Shown piece by piece: positions 13,151 to 25,945 of a DNA stretch of 64,000 nucleotides; position 1 is the first letter of the stretch, and each line of letters begins with the position of its first letter. The notes beneath the pieces were generated by a model. It was not told the origin of the DNA. It did not search any database and worked only from the letters and a program-made list of their open reading frames with translations. The position numbers and the translations under genes were made by a program. The DNA comes from Bispira polyomma (taxonomy: Eukaryota). The DNA lies in assembly GCA_965649765.1 (NCBI GenBank), contig OZ287754.1, positions 36,828,001 through 36,892,000 of the forward strand, given 5' to 3'.

Positions 13151-13806
13151 ACTACTCAAACAGCCAGTGAACTTCCAGAAGCATTAAAATATACAGAATA
13201 TAGAGCTTCATTTGGGTTTAGTGGTTTTATGTGTAATACAGTCCCGAAATTGATATATGCATGAGAATGTTATAAGTAGTACTAGCTATAGGAAATACAG
13301 CTTCGCCTCAAATACCTTCAAATGATTATTAGACACTTATATGCGGTTATACTGGAAAGTAATATAACCTCTTAGTATATATTAATGTATTACAGGTACA
13401 AAGAGTGTATGTATGAAGGCACACAGAAGTATAATATGTTATTGTAAAGCAACTTGTTAAATATATATATAAATCCCACTAAAATGGAATAGACTACGTC
13501 TGTTTGTATTGTGTTTTGTATTCTACCCGTCCTTCCAACTGTAAATAGAGGAAGTAAAAGATTTAAGTAAACAATACAGTTATTATATACCACAGTGTAC
13601 ACTAGAAAGTGTATACCTATTAGTCCATATATATAGTATATGGGCAAACTTCGTGCCACAGTATTATTTTGACTGTACATACATGTGACTGTACATACAT
13701 GTAGCGTAACGTATGGATATATTAACAACCTTCTTAAAAAAACCTAATTGCACAAGTTGACTTTAAATTTAAAAGCTGGTTTATTTATTCAACTTTCGCC
13801 TCATAC

Positions 13807-16800
13807 ATGATGATGGTTATGATTGTTGATGCCATTTTGGTTTTGTTCATGCTATATGGTATGGTTAGATGTCCTACTCTTCAGTACAAGACCAACACTT
13901 CTTGTTTGTGGAAGCAAAGGTATGAAGTACCCTACTTGACTCCTCCCACGACTGACATCACTCTGGATTGCTCAGGATATGATGGCTCGGTGATCTACAT
14001 CTTGAGTGCCTACTATATCCGACCAAGTTGGAATGGGGACGTGCAGTGTGTCAATAAGAGCTTGCCTGATACCTGCTGCCAGGGAGGTTTTTGGTATAAC
14101 AGTACAAACCACAGGTGCTTAGTGTCCATTCAAGGAATGGTCAAGAAAACTATCGAGGCAGAGTGCAATAACAGAACCACTTGCTCTCCACTCCTTGAAG
14201 CGGTTCAGTTGAATACTAACTGCTTAAATTGTGTCTTTGCTAATGCAACATCAACAGTTAATATCACTGAATGGTGCTTTGCCAGATTAGTAGAGATCTC
14301 GTACATTTGTATACAGCAAGGTATGTCATGTACTATTTATCCTCAGTAATCTGTACTATTAGTAAGAAGTGAAGATTTATTTTGTCAATTTTATTATTAT
14401 TTATAGATTTTGTGCAATGTATAGCTGCATAGCTATCGTATTTACCATTGTACAGATTTTTTTATTACGATAAATACACCTTACCTTATCCTCACTAATG
14501 CTTTAAGTTAGTACACCCAAAAATTCGACCAAAAAATCACTTATGTCTTTTTTTCTAAGACTATTCTTGTGATTTTGATTTTTAAATTTCCCGCCAAACC
14601 TCACTGCGCATGTCCCTGCGTATGTCTCAATGCCAAGTCTCATCCTCGAGAAACCCTTCACAATTAATTTGGTCGCCGTGTTGTCAACACCTTATTCGTT
14701 TTGTTGGAAGTGTTTGTGTGTAGTTATGGTGGAGAAAGTTGTTTCTTCAAAAGCTGTTAAACGGAGAACGGCCCCGAAGTGTGGTCATAGAGTTTTTGAC
14801 TTCGATTTACATCGTTACTGTCTTCCGTGTCGAGAGAAGTGTTTGGGAGATGATCTTTGTGTGGTAGGACAAGCCAACTATTGCTATGTGTGCTTTACTA
14901 TAACAGAAGAGCAGAGTAAGAGATTGAATAGTGCTGCCAAGCTTAGAAGGCGAGAGAAAGGGCGAGAGGAGCGACCTTTAACAGAGGTCATTCCTGCCCT
15001 AACTCCTCAGATCTCAACGCCACCAGGTATGGAGTCGACTCTTCTGGCTCAACTCACCACCATTTCGGATTGACTAACTAAAGTCGAGTCCGGGAATGTG
15101 TCTGGTGCAACGTCTGTACAGAGTAAGGAAGGTGAATTTTCGCCCCATATTTCAGTTGTATCTGCTACTAAGAAGAGGCCAAGGGCTGAATCTCCACAGG
15201 CTATGGATGTGGACAAAGATAAAGGTGAGGATATTGAAGAAGATGATCCTAGCTATAGACAGTTATTGGCTATGGTATGTCAAATTTTAGATCTAGAAGC
15301 ACCTTCTGAATCTCAAGATCAGCCTGCAAAGATTTTTGGTAGTGGTAAGTCAAAACGACCTAGCCTTTTACAGTTTGCCTCCTGTAGAGGAAATAGAGCA
15401 GAGATGGATACATTATGAGGCTTTGGCAGCTGGGAAGCCTGATGCGGATAAACCAGAAGTTTTGGGTTTTTGGGTTTTTAACCTGCAAGAGACCTAAGAT
15501 GAAATTTTACAAGTCTTCTAAGGAGTCTTTTGCTTTGTCAGCACCAAAATATCAAGATGCTTTCAAGGGACTGGCCAAATCTCAGAATTTGCCTACAACA
15601 TATTATTTGCCTGGTTGTCAGTTGGTGAATATGGAAACTGTTCTTAGAGAGAATGTCCAGATTTTTTCATTTGTAAGTCAATTTGTAAGGACTATGGAGA
15701 AGTCATTATCTGATGGAGCTGCTTGTTTGGGGGCCTTGGTGGAAAAGTTAGATACTAAAGATCAGAAAAAGGATATGAATGACTGTATTGTTCATTTACA
15801 AATTGTCCAATCATGCCTGTCATCTATGGACAAAGCTCTGGAGACTACAGTAGATTCCTCTATCGCTCTAGCCTGTAATCTACAGTTGGCTAGGAGAGAT
15901 AATATCTTCTAGTATAATGCACCTCATCTCACTGATCATGAGTCGAATAGAGTGAGAAGAACAGGATTTTGACCTTCAAGATTTATTTGCCCCAGGTACT
16001 TTGGATGATATTGAGAAGAAATTATCTAAGTCAAGATCACCCAAAAGAGCCAGATAGGATCCTGCTTATCACCAGAAGTCTGGTTATAAACCTTATTCTC
16101 AGTCAGCTCATCAGAGTGCTCCCCAGGCGAAAACGAGTTCTTACACAGGTGGTCACAATCAAAGCTACAGTTCCCATAAGTCTGGCTCATTCTCCTCCAG
16201 TTCTACAACTCGTGGAGGGAGAGGGCGTCGTAGGTGACGACTACAGCAGAGGACGACATGGAGGCCGCTTGCAAGATTATTGGCAGGTATGGGAGCGGTT
16301 AAAATGTCACCCTCGAGTTGTGCTGATTCTGAAGCAGGGCTAGTGAATAGTCTTGCGTTTGAGAATCCCGTTAGCGAGATTACTCACAATTCCCAGAGGA
16401 TATGCAAACAAGGAAAAGGAACTAGCTTTAAAAAATGTGTATTGCTAATGCTAGAAAAAGGCGCAATAGTTCCTGTTTCAGACAGCGCAACGCAAGGGAT
16501 TTTACAGTCGTTTGTTTCTAGTTCCGAAACCAAACAAAAAATGGCGCCCTTTGATAGATCTAAGCTTTCTAAACAAGAATTTGTATGTTCCGACCTTCAA
16601 AATGGAAACGGCAGAGGTTATTCGAAACGCTCTGAAACAGGGGGAATGGGTAGTATCTCTAGACCTAACAGATGCGTACTTTCATGTCCCTATACATCAA
16701 AACTCACAGAAACTGCTTCGATTCAATGTCGGAAATCAGACTTACCAGTTTCGGGCTCTTCCGTTTGGAATAGCAACAGCCCCACTCGAGTTTACCCGAA

Positions 16801-19800
16801 TTGCCAGGGAAACGAAATTAGTACTGCAATCACATGGTATCCGAGTACATCAGTACATAGACGACTGGCTAGTTCGTTCAGTATCTCAACAAGAAAGTCA
16901 AATTCAGATACAACAGATGATTCAAATAGTAGAGTCTATGAGTTGGGTGATCAATTACACAAAATCAGAACTCGAACCGACTCAGGAGATCGATTTCCTC
17001 GGTCACCACTTCAATTTGGCCAGAGGTTTGGTATTTCCAACCCAGAAGAAGTGGAAAACGCTTACAGAATCGGTCGTGAAGTTTCAGAAAGCTCAGGTCA
17101 TCACTGTAAGAGAACTAATGTCCTTGATAGGGGTTATGGGCTCTTTAGAAAAGATTGTCCCCTTTGGCAGGCTACATATGAGACCACTCCAGTGGTATCT
17201 AAGAACCCATTGGCGAGTTCCACTATCAATAGAGATGCTGATTCCTGTGTCACACAGGTTAAAGAATCAGCTGATCTGGTGGTCGGATCCCCAGAATGTC
17301 ATGGTCGGGGACGAAATGCATATTTTAGAGCACAGCATTCAAATCTTCACAGATGCTTGCAACACAGGTTGGGGAGCTCATCTAGGAGATTCGGTAAAAA
17401 TTGGTGTTTGGCTAGATTCAGAAAAATATTTCCATGTCAATGTTCTATAGCTAAAAGCTGTTTTTCTAGCCTTAAGGGTGTTTGCAGATCAAATTCAGGG
17501 CAAACGGGTACTTATAGCCACCAACAACATGTCTGTAGTCACTGAACAAACAGGGCGGAACCAGATCGCTAGAAATGTGTCTGTTAGTCTGGAGGATCAT
17601 GGCCTTTGCAATCCTCGCAGAATCAGAATTCGAGCCCGTCACATAGCAGGTTGTCTGAATGTGCTAGCCGACAGCCTCTCCAGGCGGGACAAGGTGATAC
17701 AAACAGAGTGGTCATTACATCCTCAAATGTTCAGGCTACTGTGTCAAAAGCTTTACCAACCACTGGTAGAGTTGTTTGCAACCAGTCAAAACCACAAACT
17801 ACCTCTGTATGTATCACTAATCCCAGATGTCCAAGCACTAGCCATAGATGCATTGAACATCTCTTGGGAGGGTCTGGACGGTTATGCCTTTTGTCCAGTG
17901 GCCTTAATTCCAAAATTAGTTAAAAAAATGTTGAGGTTTCAGTGTCGAATGATGGTCTTAACCCCAGAGTGGCCAGGGATGACTTGGTTTTGGATTCTAG
18001 TAGACCTATCAGTGAGGCCACCATTACAAATACCTCAGTGGCTTCATCTGTTGAAACAACCATTCAGTCTGAAATACCACCAGCATTTTCAGTTTCTGAA
18101 TCTCCATGTTTGGATATTGAACTCAGATCTGACACAGCACTCAAATTCTCACGATCTGTGGAAGATCGAATTAAGGCACCTCAGAGACAGTCCTCAAGAC
18201 GTGTCTATGAATCAAGGTGGTCCCTTTTTGAACAATGGGCAAATGAGAACCAGGTGGTCTGCACAAAGCCTACTATCCCTCAAATAGCTGATTTCTTGTT
18301 ATTTTTGTTTCAAGAAAAAAATCTTAAACCTGCAACTTTGGCTGGATACCGTACAGCTATTGCAGATCATATGGGTACCTTTTGTCCAGAAGTCTCAAAA
18401 AGTCATGATTTGAATAGACTTTTGGCAAATTTTTAAAGGAATAAGCCAATTAAAGATAGAGGCATACCTACTTGGAATTTGTCTGTAGTACTTCTTGCCC
18501 TCACGAAACTTTCGTTTGAGCCTTTAAAGGAGGCTTCTCTAGGGATTTTGACCTTCAAAACTGTATTTTTGATGGCTCGGGCATCAGGTAAAAGGAGGGG
18601 AAAGATTCATGCATGGACTTTTTCATCTCTCAAACATAAGCCAGGATGGACTGAATTGACTGTAGCTCCTCCTCCTGTCTTTTTGGCTAAGAATCAGTTA
18701 GCCTCAGTTGGACCTGATTCTATAAAACCTGTGATCATTCCACCCCCAAGACCATTTCTGGATGAGTCACTTACTGAAGATATCACTTTGTGTCCAGTTA
18801 GAGCTTTACGCTTCTACATAGATAGGACTAAAGGTTTCAGAAAAAGAAAGAATCTAATGTTCATTTCTTTTAGAGAGACTTTTCCTAGTGATACTAAGAG
18901 GGCTACAATATCTTCTTGGATTCAACAGACAATTTTGTTAGGCTATAAGTCGGCAGATCAAGAAATAGCTTCTCTTTGTCAGATTAAGGCTCATGATCTT
19001 AGAGCTATGGCTGCATCACTCGCATTTAAGGGAAGAGTTTCTCTTGACCAGATTTTAGGTTCATGTTATTGGACTTCACATAACACCTTCACTCACTTTT
19101 ACCTGAAAGACATAGCTTGGCAGGCTAAAGAGGACTCTCAGTTTACTCTAGGACCTGTTGTTTCGGCTCAACACATAGTCAAGCTTGATTGAGTTTTGAG
19201 AAGGTATTAAAATGTTTGGTGACATTTTTGAGTGAATTTGTCTGGTATATAGTAATAACAGTATCACAAGTTGTTATTAGTATACTTATGTTGTTCATCT
19301 CTTATGAGTGATTTTGCTGATGACATGTTCTTGTTGTCTCATTACAGGGACTTCCATGATGTGTATATAGGAAATTTTGTATGCAGCTTGGAGAAGTGAT
19401 GTCTTTCTTATGACAGCGACAGCTTGAGAGTGAATGACATCACCTTGCCGACCATGTTTTGATGTTCATTTGAATGTTTGTACAGAAGCAAATTGTACAT
19501 AGAAGTTTCATTGTATACTGGACAGATCTACTACCTATGTTTTAAGGTAGGATGCTGTTTGATTTACTTACTTGCTTCGTCTGAAGTGTATTGAGTAGGT
19601 TACTTACTTTATCCTCAATGCTAATGCTTGATACATCAATGTTAAATTTCCTTAGGGGAGGTTTCTTATTTCAAAAAATAACCCTCCACCTTGAAGGTTG
19701 GATTCAAGCATTAGTGAGGATAAGGTAAGGTGTATTTATCGTAATAAAATGTAAAAATTTTATTATAATTTATCTTTTTGGAAGATAAATACTTACCTTA

Positions 19801-22131
19801 TCCTCACTAAGTCAGATCCCACCCAGCCTACCCCACTCTTAATTTTTGAAATACTGTGAAGGGTTTTGAAATTTTGTGAAGGGTTTCTCGAGGACGAAAT
19901 TTGGCATTGGGACATGCGCAGGGACATGCACAGTGAGGTTTGGCGGGAAATTTAAAAATCAAAATCACAAGAAATATCTTCCAAATAGATAAATTACAAT
20001 AAAATATTTACAATTTCAGTCCTATTTCAGTGATACATCTGTTCTGCCAAAGATTAAATGATATGCCATATTTCTTGAACTAAGTGTTCAGACAAAGCTA
20101 ATTTTTAATTGCATGAATATTTTCCACAAATAAGTCATTCTTAACATTTAATCAGATTTCAATATTTCAAATAGATGCTTTTCCTTATAAGTACAAAGTA
20201 TACTAATCCTTCATTTGCCATATCAGTATGTTAGGTGTTATTTTTCCTTAATGGTAATCACTAAAACAAGTTTTCTTTTGTGGATGTTAGATGAATTTGT
20301 AAAAATAATACTTGTAGTATGTCAAGACTGTGACCTCTCACCGGATGATCAAAGTTCAGAAAGTGGCAAGATAGCTTTAATTGTATTCTTTATTCAAAGC
20401 AATTATATAGCACCTTATTGGTGACAATACAATATCTAAGGCAAGAAGAGATAGTCCTGCGCCACAGTACTTCCAGGAAATAAGTGTATTCACATATTAA
20501 GTAAGAAATTTTACCAACCAATGACAGCTGTGACATTAGTGTGAGTTAAATCTTCGATTATCAACCAAAATCCCTAACCTTTTCAACTATGCAATTAATA
20601 TGAAATAAAGTGACAGCATAACTATGTAAATAATAGAAAATAAAGCTACAGTATAACTATGCAATTAACATAGAATAAAACTACAATATAAGTTTGCATT
20701 ACGTATGTAAGTAAACTGCAGTATAAGTATACAATAGCTGTGCCCTAATGCTATCATATAAATATGCCATTATTGCAAACAAAAATTGGTGAACCATAGA
20801 ATGGTATGTTTACACATTACAATTATTGGGTTTACATTGACATTGTTAAATGTAATAATTCTTGCAGGGAGCCAGCCATCTTCAGATGGGATCAGCTATA
20901 AAATTGGCTTAGCTGTTGCTGTTCCAATAGCCTTGATAATTGGATCACTAGTCACAGTGTTGATATTGAGGTAAGGTTCAGAGAATTATTGCTTTTTTTT
21001 CTGTTTGCAATGTTTATGATGATGTTTCTATTACAAATGGTAAAACTTCTAAAAGAATGATTTAATTAGTTTTCAAGTTACTTTTGAAGAATATTTAAAC
21101 ACAATTCTGTAATTAGCTTGACAAAGCGATGCCACATTGAATTTGGCATATGAATACATAACACTGAACTGTAAGAGTACCACTAAACCCTTATGCTGTG
21201 AACTACATTCAAGATGGCCGCGCCATGTTCCGTGAATTACAGAATTTTTTGTGTTTCTAGTAAATAATTAAATTACTAATGATATCAATTGGTAGAGTAC
21301 CACTAAACCCTTATGCTGTGAACTACATTCAAGATGGCCGCGCCATGTTCCGTGAATTACAGAATTTTTTGTGTTTCTAGTAAATAATTAAATTACTAAT
21401 GATATCAATTGGTATTTTAATAGTACTGTTTTTTTTGTAACTACATGATATTTATACACTCAAGGATTTAACCAGTGCCATTGCTAATGATGTAAATTGG
21501 TATTTTTATTCTATTTCTCATATAACTTGGCTTGGATCACTAGGATTGTGGTAACTGGTTGTAATAGCTTGTTTACTTAGAATCATTAATGAAAAAAGTA
21601 AAATTTGTAAGTTGTAAAATAACCGAAGCAAATTCAGATGAAATTTTTAAATACACTTTAAATATCAAATACAAGTTGTATACAAAGCTTTTTGTGAAAA
21701 ATGTCTATCTGCAAGTATATATTTTTGTATCTTATAGAATTTATAATTGCTGAAATAAATCTACAAGAGAAAAGGCGAGTGTAGAAAGAGCAAATCCCGA
21801 AGGCATGATGTCGCCGGAAGTCAAAAAGGCAGAAAATAATTTGAGTTTTCACCAGGACCAAGGAAAGGTGTATGGCATGGTAGAAAATGCTAATTATGCA
21901 GGCAACAGTCTTCCTGCTAAAGATGGTGAAACCTTTGAAGAAAATCCTTACTATGATGGTTTGGATGAAATGAATGAAGCAAAGGCAAATAGTGGACCAA
22001 GTGATACGGGAAAGAAAGGTGTTGGCGAAGAACCAGGAAGGGTCAAGAAGAAAGATACAACAGGGAATTATGTGTATACTTATGGTCATTTTAGATTAGA
22101 AGGAAGATCAAGAGAACCAGAAACTTCTTAG
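13807..22131 (+). CDS. SUEL-lectin-like type I membrane receptor, paralog 2 (in-frame TGA just after the TM gives a ~226-aa tail-less product or a pseudogene)
   Basis: Exons 13807-14320 (signal peptide and Cys-rich domain: LDC...VIYILSAYYIRP...CNNRTTCS...LVEISYIC), 20318-20365 (GC donor, tentative), 20868-20970 (TM) and 21738-22131. TGA at 21751-21753 is in frame with tail ORF 21805-22131. Confidence 0.75.
14726..16237 (+). pseudogene. DIRS gag-like ORF1 (disrupted)
   Basis: N-terminal Cys/His cluster (CGH...H.YCLPCREKC...C...CYVC) and the NLQLARRD motif; broken by stops and frameshifts. Confidence 0.75.
16238..18287 (+). pseudogene. DIRS RT-RNase H-methyltransferase ORF (disrupted)
   Basis: RT: FLVPKP..WRPLIDL, LDLTDAYFHVP, ALPFG, YIDDWL. 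RH: FTDAC..GWG, HIAG.LNVLADSLSR. MT-like: ELFA...N.KLPLY...DAL..SW...YAFCP. Confidence 0.92.
18100..19192 (+). pseudogene. DIRS tyrosine recombinase (one in-frame stop at 18434-18436)
   Basis: Core-binding region (YESRW..F..W, YRTAI), then ASGKRR, LCPVRALRFY, HDLR, W.S..TF..FY. Confidence 0.9.
21174..21413. repeat. Perfect 120-bp tandem duplication in intron 3 of paralog 2
   Basis: agagtaccactaaaccc...gatatcaattggt occurs twice in succession. Confidence 0.9.
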
Positions 22132-22520
22132 CTGGACTGATTTTTATAACTATGTGTCGACAGATTTACTTTAACTATGATAGACTATAACAATTTATCA
22201 ACAGTTTTAGCTATATCACATTTGGTAATACTTGTGATGTTAAGCATGTTTGAATAAGATCAATTTGGCATTTCAGAATTGCAGAGTTGACGTGATTAAT
22301 TGTCTTCATTATATTCTTATTTTCTGGTATGCTCATTCCAGTAAACCTGCCATGGAATGATGACTCTTCATAGAGCTAGCTCAAAATGCAGCAAATAATG
22401 CTGAATGTTTTCCCTACTGCAATGATTCATAAGATTGTTTCCAATTTCCGGTTACTGTCATGTAAATATAGAACAGGCTGGGGTGATCAGATACAGGCAG
22501 ATACATAGTGGCTCGGATAA

Positions 22521-22610
22521 CTGTGCTAATGTTCTAATATTGCTGTGATAATGTTCTAATATTGCTGTGATAATGTTCTAGTATTGCTGTGCTAATGTTC
22601 TAGTATTGCT
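22521..22610. repeat. 22-bp minisatellite (ctgtgmtaatgttctartattg), 4 copies
   Basis: Direct tandem units visible. Confidence 0.85.
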
Positions 22611-23702
22611 TGGAGCCTCAGTATTTCTGGATCTTGGATAATATTTTCTTCTGGAAAAGACCAAGATCCTTATTGTATTGAATTGACTTTATGTTTAACA
22701 GACTATGCTTATTTAAATTTCCCACCTAAGTTTTATATTTAAGGTTAAGGGGTCGTATTGCTCGATCATCTAAGGTTTCTTGATGGTTTTAGCTAGTGGG
22801 AAAGTTTAAAACTCTGGGCTTCAAGATGGCCGTCATAGTTAAATATAATTGAATAGTGCCTAAACTGAAGGCTGAACGAGATAGAAAAGCTGTACAAAGA
22901 AAAGTTGGTACATCATAGGCTTATATTTAAACAAGTAAATATCATAATATACTCACTTCTTATACATTATATGTAGAGTGCTTCATTCGGGTAGAGGAAA
23001 AAGATTAAAAGATTTAGTCAGCTTAATATCTTAAAAATGATAAATAATACATCTTATTAATAGACAACTTTAAAGTTGTTAACCTTTAATTCTTAACTCT
23101 TTAAGATTGAACGTAAACTCAAACATTTTTCAACTCTTCAAATTTAAACTTTTAAACTCACTTATGTTAAGGTGACCGTATGCCCAGAATATCTTACCTT
23201 GTGATAGAGATGTATATAAACATTGCTAGTGTTAGATATCATATATATAATAAAATATTTAATCACATTCCTTGTCCTCTCTTCAAAGTTGTTGGTTAAA
23301 TGTATTTTATTCTGACCACACACCGTGGAACTGACAATGACAGTACGCTGTCATTAGGTTAAATCTACCCCTATGAGCAGGCTAAAACATGCCGGGACAT
23401 TGATACATGTTGTCATCTTAAAGCCCCTTTTCCTCACTTACCACAATATTTAATGGTGCAACCACAAAAAGTGCATCCTATCCTTATTGGGTCCTCTCCC
23501 CAGCGGTAGGCTAAAATTACTCAAGGACGTTAATAAATGGTCATCGTGTAAACTCTCCTTTTAGTTAGGGACTGACAGTTACTGGTGTTGGTTTGCTGTA
23601 ACCAAGAAAATGTTAATTAGCAATTTGAAAACATGTAAAGGTAGATAAATGTGCTGAGAACTACAGTAGAATATAAGTAGAGCTAGATTTAAGACAGCAT
23701 AC

Positions 23703-24483
23703 TGTTATGGTCAAGGGAGCAAGCGAGGTAGCAATTACCGATTGCTTTTAGGTTGTAACAGGAAAAGACAAAAAGTTTCACTTAACAAATTTATTAACAA
23801 ATAAAATAACAATTACAGAATTACAGAATTACAGTCAACTGAGATACTCATAATGGTTCATACAATAATGCAATAATGAAACCGATCTGACCTGACCACA
23901 GTCCTATCCACATAAATAACAATAAACAAGTTTGTCCACTGTATCCAGCAATCTGTCTTGAGATCTGCTCGGTGTCCACACAATGTCTGTATCCTGTTAT
24001 CCGTTCGGTGTCCACAAACACAAAATGTATATATCCAGAGATTCTGCACAACTAAGCTATCCAGTCCATTATGCAAACAATATCCAATATGCAGTAAATC
24101 CAATCTCTGGTAGATCCACAACTTTTATCTAGTTCACTCCAATGAGTTCACCACAAAAACATATATAGTAATCAGTTTATATCCACAGGAAAAGAAATAA
24201 AATGTTTCACAGTATAGCAGTTCGTATAGCACACCAACTTAATAAACTCTACTCTGTGGCCAGGCTGTCAACCCTTATATATACCACTGCTAGAGGAGGT
24301 TGCTAGAATATGTAAGCAATTGCTAGAACGTTCCAGATTAAAAATGTAAACAGACCAACACAACTTCAATAACAACAGAAACAAAATAGACCCAGCTTCT
24401 AGAAGCTTAGGGGTTCCCCAAATCTATAAATAGATCACTCTAGTAGAGTGCTTTAACATACCACTTTGTCCTTATATGTAACA
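23703..24483 (-). mobile_element. Solo LTR (Gypsy-like)
   Basis: TGTTA...TAACA termini and a 4-bp TSD ATAC (23699-23702 and 24484-24487). TATA-like and AATAAA motifs fit the minus orientation. Confidence 0.8.
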
Positions 24484-25945
24484 ATACGAAACATCAGTTC
24501 ACTGCTTTTTACTTCAAACATTAATGGAATATAAATTTTGTAATAATTTCATGAGCCACCATTTTGTACAGAGAATTGAAATAGGCAAATTGTAATACTG
24601 CCATGTCAGAGTTTGATAAGTCAAGGCACACAGTTCTGATGGTTTGTGTGAGTTTCTTATTCCCACTGAAACTTTAATCTGGTTATTTTATCGATGTCGC
24701 CTCAAAATCTGACACTTGAAAGGTGAACCGGTACACTTATACTATATACATTTATACCATATACATTTATACCATATATATATTTATACGATAATCTACC
24801 CCTGAGCTTGGAAAGCCAGGAACAAACTGGTGACCTTGATTCTGATTTATTATAACTTTTAGGTACAGTTTGTTTCCCATCAGTTTGATTGCATTGGTCG
24901 GAATCGTATTTTTCATAGGCCTCCAATTTTTCCTTGAAGGAAATGGCATGTAAAATAGGTGCTAGAGTGTATTTGTTAGGTCATATTAGCATCTGAGGTC
25001 ATATCATGATAGCCAGATTTATTGGAGGAGGAAACAGGTTATAAAAATATTTACATTTAGTTTGGGGTTAAGATCACGGTGAGTTCACTGGTCGAAGAAA
25101 TTAGAACAAGGTAGTGGTCAAGGTTTTTCTTCATTGCAAACCATCAATCTTTAGGAACTTTCCCAGATACACACTAGGGCAAAGGTTCAAATGCAGAGGT
25201 GGGGGACGAATATAAAGGAATCTATATTAGTACTGCAAGCCAACAAACTTTGTCAAATACCGGACTTACTTTAACACGGAGAGGACATAGCAAATTTTGA
25301 ACCACTGTCCTCAACTGTAAGAGGCATGTGAATGCAACGCTTTTAATGACTAGGCCATTGCCACCTTAAATATGATATCTATAAACCCAAATTTGGCAAA
25401 ACATTCACTCAAAATGTATGTCAACATTATCATGAGATAAATATTAATAAAATTCCCCAACAGGAAGGCGAATATTTAAAAATAAATAGTCATCAAGGAA
25501 TAATTCAAGGGGGAATTCATGGGAATAATTAACTAAATTTGAAGAGATCTTCCTAATCACGTACCGTGATTCCTTAACATAAAAATCAACTATTCTAAAT
25601 ATTTAAAGTATTTGTGTTTTCTATATGTCTTGTAAATCTCATATAAGATCTCTGATAAGACTGGGATAAGTTTCAATCTCTTCTCTATGTTAGTCTATCA
25701 GATATGTCTGTAGTTTTATCACATGGGAAAGAATACTTAGGAATATTATCTATTGCAAAGGTTTTAATCTGTCATCTAAAAATAGCAACAATGGGATTTG
25801 TTCACGTTCTAGGAAGCGCATACTATAAAATACAATACGATTACACCAAATTGGCTGAAGGATTTTTATTAGATTTCCCAGGTAGTTCTGCCAGAAACGT
25901 ACTTGCAGGACATTGTTGATAATCTATTATATTAAGCTTTCTAAA

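Larger units (their letters stand above)
14458..20016 (+). mobile_element. DIRS1-type retrotransposon, near full length and degenerate, in intron 1 of receptor paralog 2
   Basis: Inverted repeats at ~14564-14663 and ~19874-19973. An internal complementary region at ~19707-19787 matches both termini. TTT-containing ends. gag, RT/RH/MT and YR ORFs present. Confidence 0.95.

Noticed and set aside
16280-17545. 421-aa ORF overlapping the DIRS RT as a novel gene
   Set aside because: Long overlapping frames upstream of the YR are usual in DIRS elements; no recognisable domain
21751-21753. TGA as a selenocysteine codon
   Set aside because: No SECIS recognised downstream and no redox-motif context; a nonsense mutation is simpler
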